20,250 nt of DNA from Verrucomicrobiales bacterium (GTDB taxonomy: Bacteria > Verrucomicrobiota > Verrucomicrobiia > Verrucomicrobiales > V1-33), in assembly GCA_046155625.1 (NCBI GenBank), contig JBJXFS010000101.1, positions 1 through 20,250 of the forward strand, read 5' to 3'. Below the pieces are notes generated by a model, which was not told the origin of the DNA, ran no database searches, and was given only the letters and a program-made list of their open reading frames with translations. Positions 1 through 10,497 of this stretch are shown in pieces (positions within the stretch are counted from its first letter, which is position 1; every line of letters begins with the position of its first letter). Made by a program: the position numbers and the translations under genes.

Positions 1-51
1 GATGAACGTGCGCTGGTGGCTGAGGCTATTCTCGAAAAGCACCAACGCTGA
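1..51 (+). CDS. C-terminal fragment of an upstream ORF, truncated by the window start. Possibly the antitoxin partner of the PIN toxin.
   Basis: Frame 1 is open from base 1 and reads ...DERALVAEAILEKHQR* with TGA at 49-51. The stop lies 5 nt upstream of the PIN-domain gene start at 57, a typical tight toxin-antitoxin spacing. Too short to assign a family. Confidence 0.3.
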   Translation, partial: DERALVAEAILEKHQR

Positions 52-56
52 AGCTC

Positions 57-476
57 ATGGATCGTATTCTGCTGGACACCAATGTCGTACTAGACGTGCT
101 GGCGGCCCGCGTGCCGTTTCTCGACGATTCTCGGTCGGTTTGGGAACTATGTGAAGGTGGTGTCGTGGATGGATGGATCTCGGCGATCACCTTCAACAAT
201 GTGTTTTACGTGCTCCGCAAATTTAGCAACTTGACCTCAGCCCGCCGGCATTTGCGTGACTTGCGGCGGGTGTTTCAAGTGGCCCCCGTAAATGCCGGGC
301 TCATCGACTCGGCACTCGCTTCCTCCCAGTCCGATTTCGAGGACGCGCTCCAATATGGGAACGCCATCTCCATCAAAGCCAAATTCCTGATCACACGAAA
401 CACCCGAGATTTTCCCAAAACCGGGCCAGTTTCGATACTCTCGCCACGGGCGTATCTGAAAGCGCGCAGCGTTTGA
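57..476 (+). CDS. PIN-domain ribonuclease, VapC-like toxin
   Basis: 139-aa ORF. The N-terminus ILLDTNVVLDVL carries the conserved first acidic residue of PIN domains. Size and tight linkage to the upstream ORF end fit a type II TA toxin. Confidence 0.75.
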   Translation: MDRILLDTNVVLDVLAARVPFLDDSRSVWELCEGGVVDGWISAITFNNVFYVLRKFSNLTSARRHLRDLRRVFQVAPVNAGLIDSALASSQSDFEDALQYGNAISIKAKFLITRNTRDFPKTGPVSILSPRAYLKARSV

Positions 477-516
477 GAGTCGGTGCGGCGGTCCCTCACC
501 CTGAGGACCGGATGGG

Positions 517-643
517 AACCACGAAAAACACGAAACACACGAAGAACCAAGGCGTTGGCCAACAATTGCCGTCCACCTGATGGATGACAAAGTCGCTTGT
601 TCTATCTCAATGATTTTTTGTGTGGTTCGTGATTTTCGTGGTT
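517..643. repeat. Long imperfect inverted repeat (24-nt arms, 79-nt spacer) in an AT-rich convergent intergenic region. The arms contain tandem ACGAAAMAC 9-mers.
   Basis: Left arm 517..540 is AACCACGAAAAACACGAAACACAC. Right arm 620..643 is GTGTGGTTCGTGATTTTCGTGGTT, which matches the reverse complement of the left arm at 22 of 24 positions. The spacer holds palindromes TTGGCCAA and CAATTG. Local GC is well below the window average. Confidence 0.5.
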
Positions 644-662
644 GTAATGTCCCTTTCTAGGC

Positions 663-1451
663 TCACCTGCCCGAGCTGACTTTCAGCACCGTGACCATCC
701 ATCGTCCGTGTTCCGGATGCCCCAGCGGGGCGGGGGAGGGGTCGATGGCGAGGATCTGGGGGTGGCCGTGGGTGAAGTCGAATTCTCCAGCGACGGTGAT
801 GAGGTGGATCGTCGGAGCGGGCACCACCTTGCGTTTGCTGTCGAGGGCGACTTGCATTTCTTCGACGGTCCGAAGGGTCGGGTTCGCGATGTGGTGGTGG
901 AATTCGAGGTTTATCGTTCCGCTCTCGCTTCGATCACCTGAGATTACTTCCGCTCTCAAACTCGTGCCGGATTGGATCATTTCCCATGAGATTGGAACAA
1001 TAGCTTCAGGATCGCTCTTTGCGGCTTCGGCTTCTATAAGCACACCGAGGTTCGTCGTTTCGAATGCGGAGGGCATATGCAAGAAGCGATCTTCAATCGG
1101 CTCAAACTCCGTGGGCCAGATGTACTCGGATCGCGCTTCCGATTTCACGCGCTGGCGCGATCGCGTCACGATGCGTTGGTCGAGCACGATCTGGGCTTCT
1201 CCCAGGCCGGCCAGGCGGACCAGGCGTTCGTACAGGGCGGCATCGTCGTTGATCGACTGGCTCCAAGCCTCCAATCCAATGGTGAGCTCCGGCACTTGGA
1301 AGGCAGTGACTTGCACCGTGACTTCCTGGGCGGTCGTCGGGGTGGCGGTGATGAGGGCGACGAAGACGAGGGCGGAGCGGTGCAGCAGCCTCCCGATTTG
1401 AACGAGCGGTGTTCGCAGCGGACGGAGGTGGCTTGTGAGAGCCGGTCCCAC
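663..1451 (-). CDS. Hypothetical secreted/exported protein
   Basis: 262-aa ORF with a GTG start. After a long Arg-rich leader, the hydrophobic stretch SALVFVALITATPTTAQ ends in an AxA-like TAQ site followed by E, as expected at a signal-peptidase cleavage site. No recognisable catalytic motifs. It overlaps the 3' 285 nt of the sigma-like ORF on the same strand in another frame, so its true start and boundaries are uncertain. Confidence 0.45.
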   Translation of the reverse strand: MGPALTSHLRPLRTPLVQIGRLLHRSALVFVALITATPTTAQEVTVQVTAFQVPELTIGLEAWSQSINDDAALYERLVRLAGLGEAQIVLDQRIVTRSRQRVKSEARSEYIWPTEFEPIEDRFLHMPSAFETTNLGVLIEAEAAKSDPEAIVPISWEMIQSGTSLRAEVISGDRSESGTINLEFHHHIANPTLRTVEEMQVALDSKRKVVPAPTIHLITVAGEFDFTHGHPQILAIDPSPAPLGHPEHGRWMVTVLKVSSGR

Positions 1452-1819
1452 AGGGCCTCCGGGTCGTCCTCCGAGAAAGAAAGTGAGGAATAATCCGTCA
1501 TGGTGGCGGCACGGGTGGCAGTGTGGGCCTCGCGGGTGCGACGCCGCGCTTCGGAACGGACGGCTTTGCGCGCCGTGAAAAAGGCATGTCGATGCAGCCA
1601 GCCGCCGAGCGGGGTGGTCCGGGGAATGGACCGCGCTTTGGCGGCCAGATCGGTGAAAACCAGCTGGGCGACGTCCTGAGCCAGCGCATGGTCGCCGTTG
1701 GTCACCCGGCGGGCACAGGACCAGACCACGGGCAAGTGACGCTCGACCAACGTGCGGAATGCCGTTTCACGCCGGTCTCGGGCGAAAAGAGCCAGCAATT
1801 CGTGATCGGTCTCGGGCAT
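1166..1819 (-). CDS. ECF-type sigma factor-like protein (sigma-70 region 2 present, no recognisable region 4). Possibly truncated or frameshifted.
   Basis: The N-terminal ~100 aa align to the ECF sigma region 2 pattern LVERHLPVVWSCARRV...DVAQLVFTDLAAKARSIP...GWLHRHAFFTARKAVRSEARRR (regions 2.1-2.4). After ~aa 125 the ORF becomes an S/P/R-rich low-complexity tail typical of out-of-frame GC-rich sequence, and no helix-turn-helix region 4 is found. The functional CDS is probably about 1440..1819. Confidence 0.5.
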   Translation of the reverse strand: MPETDHELLALFARDRRETAFRTLVERHLPVVWSCARRVTNGDHALAQDVAQLVFTDLAAKARSIPRTTPLGGWLHRHAFFTARKAVRSEARRRTREAHTATRAATMTDYSSLSFSEDDPEALWDRLSQATSVRCEHRSFKSGGCCTAPPSSSSPSSPPPRRPPRKSRCKSLPSKCRSSPLDWRLGASRSTTMPPCTNAWSAWPAWEKPRSCSTNAS

Positions 1820-2086
1820 GGTGGTGGATGGCTAAGCTCGGTGGCACAGTGTCCACCAAACAGAACCCGCTCGATCATTATCCGGACAAAAATTCTTGGC
1901 GGATTAAGGAAATCGAAGCGGCGACGGACTGGATAGCATTGGGTTGGTGAGTGCCGTTCTCATGATTGCCTTTCTGCCCGGGCTCCGCGAGACTGGAGGT
2001 TCATTTTTCATCGCAACCGCGTGGCGAGCCCCGCACGCTCCACAACCTCTTGAAAATTATCATCGACCCGCGGGCGCGGGCTCGTC

Positions 2087-2674
2087 ATGATGCTCGGCGT
2101 GATCGAGTGGTGGACGACTCTAAGCCAAGCGAGCCAGTTTTACTGGACAGTGGCGCTCGGCGCCACGGCGCTGCAGTTATTGCTTTTGTTGGGGGTCATG
2201 ATCGGCGGGGCGCCGGACTTGGACCACGGCGCGGACATGTCGGACTCGCCAGGGGATCTGGCCTCCGGGGTAAAACTCTTGTCGCTGCGGGCGCTGGTGG
2301 CATTCGCGCTGGGGTTTGGTTGGGCCGGGGTCCTGACGCTTCGAGAAGGATGGCCGCTGCTGCAGGCGACTTTGGTGGCGATGGCGAGCGGGACCGTCTT
2401 CATGGGACTGGTCTTCGGAGCGATGCGGTTGCTTTACTCGATGCGCGACGACGGCACTCTCGATTATCAAAATGCGGTCGGACTGACGGGAAAAGTATAT
2501 GTGACGATTCCCCCGACTCGCGGCGGCATCGGCCAAGTCGAGATCCTGCTGCAAGGGCGGTTGGTCACCGCCCAGGCCATCACCGACGCCGACCGGGCGC
2601 TCCATCAGAACGAATTCATCAAAGTATCCGCGATCGAGGGCATGACGACGCTGGTGGTCGCGCCGGCCCATTAA
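2087..2674 (+). CDS. NfeD-like membrane protein (YqiJ-like), partner of flotillin
   Basis: 195 aa. The N-terminal half is multi-pass hydrophobic. The C-terminal segment GLTGKVYVTIPPTRGGIGQVEILLQGRLVTAQAI matches the NfeD OB-fold beta-barrel. It sits 29 nt upstream of an SPFH/flotillin gene, the conserved yqiJ-yqiK arrangement. Confidence 0.8.
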   Translation: MMLGVIEWWTTLSQASQFYWTVALGATALQLLLLLGVMIGGAPDLDHGADMSDSPGDLASGVKLLSLRALVAFALGFGWAGVLTLREGWPLLQATLVAMASGTVFMGLVFGAMRLLYSMRDDGTLDYQNAVGLTGKVYVTIPPTRGGIGQVEILLQGRLVTAQAITDADRALHQNEFIKVSAIEGMTTLVVAPAH

Positions 2675-2703
2675 ATCATTCACGATTCCCGTTTCATTTG
2701 CCT

Positions 2704-4209
2704 ATGACACTTCCCGCTCCACTCCTCGCGTCCAATTTCAGCCTGATCTGGCCGATCCTCGGTGTCATTGCCGCCGCCACTTTGTTTGGCACCCTGATGT
2801 TCATCGCCTCACGGTATCGCCGATGCCCGTCAGACCGCATCCTGGTCGTCTATGGCAAGGTGGGGGGCCAGAAGTCGGCCCGCTGCTATCACGGGGGAGC
2901 CTCCTTCGTGTGGCCGGTGATCCAGGACTTTGCCTACCTCAGCCTGACGCCGATTCCGATCGACATCCAGCTGCGCGGCGCGTTGTCGCAGCAGAACATC
3001 CGGGTCAACACCCCGAGCACGTTCACCGTGGGTATCAGCACGGAGCCTGGGGTGATGGAAAATGCCGCGGAGCGCTTGCTTGGACTTTCGCTCCCGCAGA
3101 TCCAGGAACTGGCGAAGGACATCATCTTCGGCCAGATGCGCGTGGTCATCGCCACCATGCCGATCGAGGAGATCAATGCGGATCGCGACAAGTTGATCAG
3201 CAAGATTGCCGATGGGGTGGAGGTCGAGCTGCGCAAAGTCGGCCTTCGTCTGATCAACGTCAATGTCCAGGACATCACGGATGAGTCCGGATACATCGAC
3301 GCGCTCGGACGCGAGGCCGCCGCTCGCGCCATCAACGAGGCCAAGATCAAGGTGAGCCAGCAGGAGCGCGACGGCGACATCGGCGCGGCCGAGGCCGATC
3401 GAGAGAAGCGGATCAAGGTGGCCCAGGCCCACTCGATCGCGGTGCAAGGGGAAAACCTGGCCGCGGTGGAAATCGCGAACTCGACGGCCAGCCGGCGCGA
3501 GCGGGAAGCGGAGGCATCGCGGCTGGCTACTGCGGCCGAGAAGGTGGCCGAGGCGAAATCACTGGAGGAATCGTACGTGGCGCAGCAACTGGCCGAAGTG
3601 CAGCGGGCGAAAAAGGAGGAGGCCACCCAGATGGCCAGCGTCATGGTGCAGGCGGAAATCGAACGGAAGAGGATTCAGGTGATGGCTGAGGCGGAGAAAA
3701 CGAAGATCCAATTGCAGGCCGAGGCGGAAAAATTACGCATCGAACTGACCGCAAAAGCCGAGGGCGAGAAGCTCAAACTGCTCAAGCAGGGCGAGGCCGA
3801 CGGCTTGCGCGCCTACATGGAAGCCCAGGCCCAGGGCACGCTGGCGCAACTCACGGCCCGCGCCGATGGCTTTAAACAAATCATCGCCTCCGCCGGTGGC
3901 GCAGAACACGCCGCCCGCCTCATGGTCACCGAACAATTGCCAAAACTCGTCGAGGAACAGGTCAAAGCGGTTTCCAACCTCAAGATCGACAAGGTCACAG
4001 TCTGGGACAATGGCAAGGGTGCCGACGGAAAAACCAGGACGGCCGACTTCCTCAGCGGCCTGGTCGGCGCGGTGCCGCCGCTGCACGAAATCGCCAAAAA
4101 TGCCGGCGTCGAGCTTCCCGGCTATCTCGGGTCGATGACCGCGCCACCAGCCTCCCAGACACCACCTCCGGCCACCCCCCCGAAGGCGAAGCCGGAAGCG
4201 TCGGAATAG
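2704..4209 (+). CDS. Flotillin-like SPFH/band-7 domain protein (YqiK/FloT family)
   Basis: Internal ATG at 2704 gives MTLPAPLL followed by an N-terminal transmembrane helix. The SPFH core is DRILVVYGKVGG...NIRVNTPSTFTVGIS...VQDITDESGYIDALGREAAARAINEAKIKV. A long Ala/Glu-rich coiled-coil flotillin region follows. The six-frame ORF extends in frame upstream to 1966 with no stop. That stretch is Arg/Gly-rich nonsense and overlaps the NfeD-like gene, so it was rejected. Confidence 0.85.
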   Translation: MTLPAPLLASNFSLIWPILGVIAAATLFGTLMFIASRYRRCPSDRILVVYGKVGGQKSARCYHGGASFVWPVIQDFAYLSLTPIPIDIQLRGALSQQNIRVNTPSTFTVGISTEPGVMENAAERLLGLSLPQIQELAKDIIFGQMRVVIATMPIEEINADRDKLISKIADGVEVELRKVGLRLINVNVQDITDESGYIDALGREAAARAINEAKIKVSQQERDGDIGAAEADREKRIKVAQAHSIAVQGENLAAVEIANSTASRREREAEASRLATAAEKVAEAKSLEESYVAQQLAEVQRAKKEEATQMASVMVQAEIERKRIQVMAEAEKTKIQLQAEAEKLRIELTAKAEGEKLKLLKQGEADGLRAYMEAQAQGTLAQLTARADGFKQIIASAGGAEHAARLMVTEQLPKLVEEQVKAVSNLKIDKVTVWDNGKGADGKTRTADFLSGLVGAVPPLHEIAKNAGVELPGYLGSMTAPPASQTPPPATPPKAKPEASE

Positions 4210-4320
4210 GTTGATTTGCAACCGGAAGCCTTTTGCGAAAAGCATTGAGCCGGAAGGCTCCGCGCCCCGGGTGAACCCGGTACACCAACTGGAAGCTGTT
4301 TTGGAACAGGCTCACAGTTT

Positions 4321-5160
4321 CTATCGCCCTGTTTTTTCCTGAGCTTCCTGAAGTTTTTTGATCTCCGGGATTTCGCCGTCGTCGGTGGCGGGCGCGGGCG
4401 CGGGCTCGTCTGGGGAGGCGGGATCGATTTCTTCGGGAGGTGGCTCTGAGGTAGCGGGGTCGGATGTAAGCGGTACGTCAATGGGGACTGGCGGGTCCTC
4501 CGTGGGGTCGGCGGGATCGCTGGAAGCGCGTGGCTGGACGAGCGGGCGGTCGCCGCGGCCGGAGTCTTCGACCGCCAAGCGGCCATTGGGAAGGCGGCGC
4601 ATCCAGACGGTGCGGAGCATGCGGCCTGAGTCGGCGGAGATGTGCACGCTGCCGACGATGGTTTCCTCGCGATCGAGGAGAGTGAGTGTCCAGACGGGTT
4701 CGTCGGAGTATTCACGGCAGTGGAGCTTGTAGTTGACGGCGTCGAACCCGATGCCGGCGTCGCGGGCGACCTGTTCTGCCATGGCGAACGCCTGGGTGGA
4801 GTCGAGTTTGACGCGGTCGAGCGAGAAGAACCCCTTGGGGAGACGCTCGGGATAAAAGTCGTCATCCAGACCTTCGTCGGTGACGCGGCCGTCCCCGATC
4901 CAAAATTCGCGGAGCAGGTCACTGCGACCCGGGGCGCTGGCGGTGACGCGCCACTCCTGCGGCTGTGGATCGCCGGAAGCGCCGGTCATTTCGACGATGT
5001 GGCGGACCGACGGGCGACCGAAGCGATCGGCGAGTTGTTGCAGTCCGACGCGCGCGGGCACCTGATCGGTGTCGCGGGCGACGAGGGTGGCGGCGCACGC
5101 CCAGGCGAGCGAGGCTCCGAAAAATCGAGTGAGATGAGTCATGGGTGGATCGTCAAACAT
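4321..5160 (-). CDS. Hypothetical secreted protein with an acidic Pro-rich C-terminal tail
   Basis: 279-aa ORF. The N-terminus MTHLTRFFGASLAWACAATLVA is signal-peptide-like. The C-terminal ~80 aa are a D/E/P-rich low-complexity region. No family recognised. Confidence 0.5.
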   Translation of the reverse strand: MFDDPPMTHLTRFFGASLAWACAATLVARDTDQVPARVGLQQLADRFGRPSVRHIVEMTGASGDPQPQEWRVTASAPGRSDLLREFWIGDGRVTDEGLDDDFYPERLPKGFFSLDRVKLDSTQAFAMAEQVARDAGIGFDAVNYKLHCREYSDEPVWTLTLLDREETIVGSVHISADSGRMLRTVWMRRLPNGRLAVEDSGRGDRPLVQPRASSDPADPTEDPPVPIDVPLTSDPATSEPPPEEIDPASPDEPAPAPATDDGEIPEIKKLQEAQEKTGR

Positions 5161-5180
5161 CGCCCAATTATCCGCCTGGT

Positions 5181-7481
<2,301 letters not shown>

Positions 7482-7529
7482 ATTCCGATGAGGGATGAGC
7501 CCGGTCCCGGGCCGGTCACCTGCCGGTCC

Positions 7530-7541
7530 GGCCGTACGGCC
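7530..7541. promoter_or_regulatory. Perfect 12-bp palindrome GGCCGTACGGCC in the upstream region of the fusion gene. Candidate operator.
   Basis: Exact self-complementary 12-mer lying 49-60 nt upstream of the 7481 start codon on the minus strand, within the 99-bp intergenic gap. Function not demonstrable from sequence. Confidence 0.2.
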
Positions 7542-7580
7542 GACCAGTCCACCGCATACAAGCCGCCTGTCGGCACTTGG

Positions 7581-8270
7581 CTAGTCGTTTTTCTCCGCGC
7601 GAGGCGGCGGCGGTTTCGGGAGGTACTTCGCGGAGAGGTCGGCCAGCACGTCATCGGGCAGCACTCCGGCGGCATGGAATTGGCGAATCACACCGAAGTT
7701 GGCTTGTTCAACGATGTCTTGCTGGAGTGCCCACGGGGTGGCGGGTTGGAGGACAAAATTTCCCGGATGATTGCGCAGCTGGGGGATCATGACGGGGGAC
7801 AATTGGTAGCCGATGCGCAGCGGTTCTCCAACGAAGTTGCCCTGGGTACAGACGGGGGGCTTGCCATTCAGGATGGCTTCCCGCTGCTCGGGTTCGACGA
7901 GCTGACGATGCCTTTGGAGTTCGAAGTAAGCCTGCTGCAAGGCCCGGCGGATCAGGGAGGCTTCCTTCTCGTTGGTATCCAGCTCTTTCACCGCCTCCTC
8001 CAGATACCAATCGAGGCTGATTTCCTTATTCCGCCACCAGCCCAGGGTGCGTTCGGCGTCGAGCGACTCGTACAGACGGACCAGCGCCTGCATAAATCCT
8101 TTGTGCACCGACGTCGATGGGACGGTCGGAGAGAAATCGCGCCTTTGGAAGCAATCGCGCAAATCCTGAATTCTCACCGAGCGGTCGCGTGATTCGACGT
8201 GTTTGACGTACGAAAACCAAGTGATGGCCACGACAATGGCCACAAGCAAAGAACGAAAGAGAAAGGTCAC
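7581..8270 (-). CDS. Hypothetical membrane-anchored protein (N-terminal TM helix)
   Basis: 229-aa ORF with a GTG start. The N-terminus LLVAIVVAITWFSYV is a single hydrophobic helix and the remainder is soluble with no recognised motif. It lies between the lipoprotein pair and the fusion gene on the same strand. Confidence 0.45.
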   Translation of the reverse strand: MTFLFRSLLVAIVVAITWFSYVKHVESRDRSVRIQDLRDCFQRRDFSPTVPSTSVHKGFMQALVRLYESLDAERTLGWWRNKEISLDWYLEEAVKELDTNEKEASLIRRALQQAYFELQRHRQLVEPEQREAILNGKPPVCTQGNFVGEPLRIGYQLSPVMIPQLRNHPGNFVLQPATPWALQQDIVEQANFGVIRQFHAAGVLPDDVLADLSAKYLPKPPPPRAEKND

Positions 8271-8342
8271 GGAAGCAAACGGGGCGGCGATGAAGTGTTC
8301 GGTATCTGAGGAGGTGCCTGACGGGGCAGCCCGATACGGGGG

Positions 8343-9431
8343 TCAGTCGATGCGGCGCGGGCGCGGCGGGGTTGGATCGAGTTCGTCAGGTGTCTCCTCG
8401 CCGTCGCCCTCCTCCGCTTCTTCTTCACCGTTGAGTCCGGGCAGCGAGAGCCGCAACGACGATTTTTTGGCGGGCTTTTTGGCGTCCTCAAGCAGGGCGC
8501 GCAACTCCGGGGATTCGTCGGCCTTGGCTTTGGCCACCGCCGCCGCATAGTCGAAGGCGGGATCGCCTGGCTTCATCTTCAGGCGCATTTTGCCGTCCCC
8601 GCCGAATATGACTTTCATGAGCTCACTGGAACCGCCGGTCTGGTCGGTCGGACTGATTCCCCGGCGGATGAGAGCTTTCGCTTTGTCATCGTCCTGGAGG
8701 ATGGCATCGAGCCCCGCGAGGAGTTTTTTGCCGGTGAACTCGAAGGTGGCCGTGCGATCGTCCTTCTTCTCGAACAGTTGAGTGTCGACAATGGTCCCGC
8801 CTCCCTGGACGGTCATGCCGATCCGGAAACTCTCCAGGAACGCGTTCATAAAAACCTTCATGGCAGCCCACTGCTGGCGTTCCTCGTCAAGCTTGTCCTG
8901 CACTTCCTCATCGCTCAGGGGCGCCGTGGCTGGAAGGGCCTCCTCCGCTTCATCAGGCTTTTCATCCGGGTCGTCTTCCAGGCTGTCCTCCAGGAGCCAA
9001 TGGCCGTCGGATGTCCGGCTCACGCCCAAATCGTCCTTTTCTCCATCCTCGTCCATAGGGGTGCTGAGCCGCACTTTGGTGACATCCGGAAACAGGCCGG
9101 TGACGGAGGCCCGGGTCTTGCCGTCCTTGCCAACGCCGTAACTGACATCGCTCCACGCTTCGATTCCCTCGGCGCGAAGCAGGGTCACCGCGACCTCCCG
9201 GGCTTGTTCGCGCGGCTTCAGCTTTTTCTCCGACTCCTTGCCACCAGTGTCGCCCAGCCCGCCCAGTCCTTCGAGGCCGCCCATGGATAGGGCGGCGGTA
9301 AGCGTCACTTTGCCCGATCCGTCTGGATTCAGGATCAGGTTTTGGTCGATGTCCAGACATGACGACAAGCCCGCAGCGAGGCCCAGGATCGCGACGGCCC
9401 TCAGGCCGCGAACGAATGGGGATGGGGACAT
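8343..9431 (-). CDS. Lipoprotein, paralog A of a tandem pair (unknown family)
   Basis: The internal ATG at 9431 gives MSPSPFVRGLRAVAILGLAAGLSSC, a signal peptide with an LSSC lipobox. It shares NPDGSGK, G-DGKT and AKAKA-SP-L-ALLE-A blocks with the upstream paralog. Acidic C-terminal tail. Confidence 0.6.
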   Translation of the reverse strand: MSPSPFVRGLRAVAILGLAAGLSSCLDIDQNLILNPDGSGKVTLTAALSMGGLEGLGGLGDTGGKESEKKLKPREQAREVAVTLLRAEGIEAWSDVSYGVGKDGKTRASVTGLFPDVTKVRLSTPMDEDGEKDDLGVSRTSDGHWLLEDSLEDDPDEKPDEAEEALPATAPLSDEEVQDKLDEERQQWAAMKVFMNAFLESFRIGMTVQGGGTIVDTQLFEKKDDRTATFEFTGKKLLAGLDAILQDDDKAKALIRRGISPTDQTGGSSELMKVIFGGDGKMRLKMKPGDPAFDYAAAVAKAKADESPELRALLEDAKKPAKKSSLRLSLPGLNGEEEAEEGDGEETPDELDPTPPRPRRID

Positions 9432-9510
9432 GAAACGTGATGAGAATGCTCCGATTCCGCGTTCAGTCAGGCCGCCGCCAGCTCCGGGTGTCATGCCGTG
9501 GAAAGGCCGA

Positions 9511-10497
9511 TTACTTCACCGGAGCGGGCTGCGCCGGCTTTCTGGGAGCGGGAGCGGGCGGACGAATCACGGCACCTCCCTTCGGTTTGCCGGCCTCTTC
9601 GAGGAGCGCCTTGAGTGCCGGGGATTGGCCGGCCTTGGCCTTCTCCACTTCGGCGTCGAAATCGATGGTCGGCTGTCCCGGAGTCAATTCGATCGAGGGC
9701 ATGCCCTTGCCATCCGTGAGGGACTCCATGATGGCTTTTTGCATCCGCTTTTGGTCGCGCAACACGGCCATAGGATCACCCCCGGCCAGCGCATCCTCCA
9801 TAACCTTGGTGTCATTCATCATTGCGTCGATCGCGGCAATCACCTTGGCGCCGCCAAAACTGAGGCTGGCCGTCCGTTCATCCGACTTCACGAATCCCAC
9901 CGTCTCCTTGATCGTGCCACCCGCCTTGACCGTCGTCGTCAATTTCGCGCCTTCGATCATCGGGGCGACCAGCGATTTGCTCGCCTCCCACTGGGCCTTC
10001 GCCTGCTGAATGGCCGCTTTGACCTGGTCGCTCGGCGGTTTGGCGCCCGATCCGGTCGGCGGTTTGGCGTCGCCCTCGGGTAATCCTATCGCCACCGTCC
10101 ATTTGTCCCCGTCACGTTTGGATAACAGCGTGCCCGCAGAGGCGCCGCCAGCCTGCTCACCCGCGTTCATTTTTAATTTGTTGATGTCTTTGAAAAACGC
10201 AGTCGCCTGAATCTTGGTTTTCCCGTCAGCCCCCGTCTCCTGCTTCAGGTCCGCCCAAGTATCGATGCCTTCAGTCCCCCGGAGCAATTGAAGCACCACT
10301 TCTTTCCCCATGTCCTGCCCGGCCGCCGCCCCTCCGCCAAAGGCTCCCATCATGGTGGTGTCCACGGTCATGGCCAATTCAAACTTGCCACTGCCGTCAG
10401 GGTTCACGTGAAACGTCTGTTCCTGCGTCAGGCAACCGGTCAGCGTGGCGGCCACCGCGGCCAGGGCCAGGGCCACGGAGAGTAAGCGGAATTTCAT
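9511..10497 (-). CDS. Lipoprotein, paralog B of a tandem pair (unknown family)
   Basis: The internal ATG at 10497 gives MKFRLLSVALALAAVAATLTGC, a signal peptide with an LTGC lipobox. Collinear similarity to paralog A runs from the start (VNPDGSGK..., TGADGKT...) through the C-terminus (EVEKAKAGQSPALKALLEEAGKP). The ORF extension upstream to 10728 is Pro/Arg-rich and was rejected. Confidence 0.6.
   Translation of the reverse strand: MKFRLLSVALALAAVAATLTGCLTQEQTFHVNPDGSGKFELAMTVDTTMMGAFGGGAAAGQDMGKEVVLQLLRGTEGIDTWADLKQETGADGKTKIQATAFFKDINKLKMNAGEQAGGASAGTLLSKRDGDKWTVAIGLPEGDAKPPTGSGAKPPSDQVKAAIQQAKAQWEASKSLVAPMIEGAKLTTTVKAGGTIKETVGFVKSDERTASLSFGGAKVIAAIDAMMNDTKVMEDALAGGDPMAVLRDQKRMQKAIMESLTDGKGMPSIELTPGQPTIDFDAEVEKAKAGQSPALKALLEEAGKPKGGAVIRPPAPAPRKPAQPAPVK

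Noticed and set aside
691-1493. Plus-strand ORFs 691..1401 (236 aa) and 1077..1493 (138 aa)
   Set aside because: They are antisense to the secreted-protein and sigma-like genes and have low-complexity composition.
1966-2703. In-frame upstream extension of the flotillin ORF, giving a 747-aa protein from 1966
   Set aside because: The extension is Arg/Gly/His-rich low-complexity sequence. It completely overlaps the well-supported NfeD-like gene in another frame, and an internal ATG at 2704 precedes a proper TM helix. It is a high-GC open-frame artefact.
3400-3800. Apparent repetitiveness (GAGGCGGAG/GCCGAGGC-like units) within the flotillin gene
   Set aside because: It reflects the Ala/Glu-rich coiled-coil coding region. 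The repeat units are imperfect and there is no spacer architecture, so it is neither a CRISPR array nor a tandem DNA repeat.
4210-4320. Possible terminator hairpin CCGGGTGAACCCGG (~4266..4280) in the convergent gap between the flotillin gene and the secreted-protein gene
   Set aside because: The stem is only 5 bp and there is no following T-tract, so the call is too weak.
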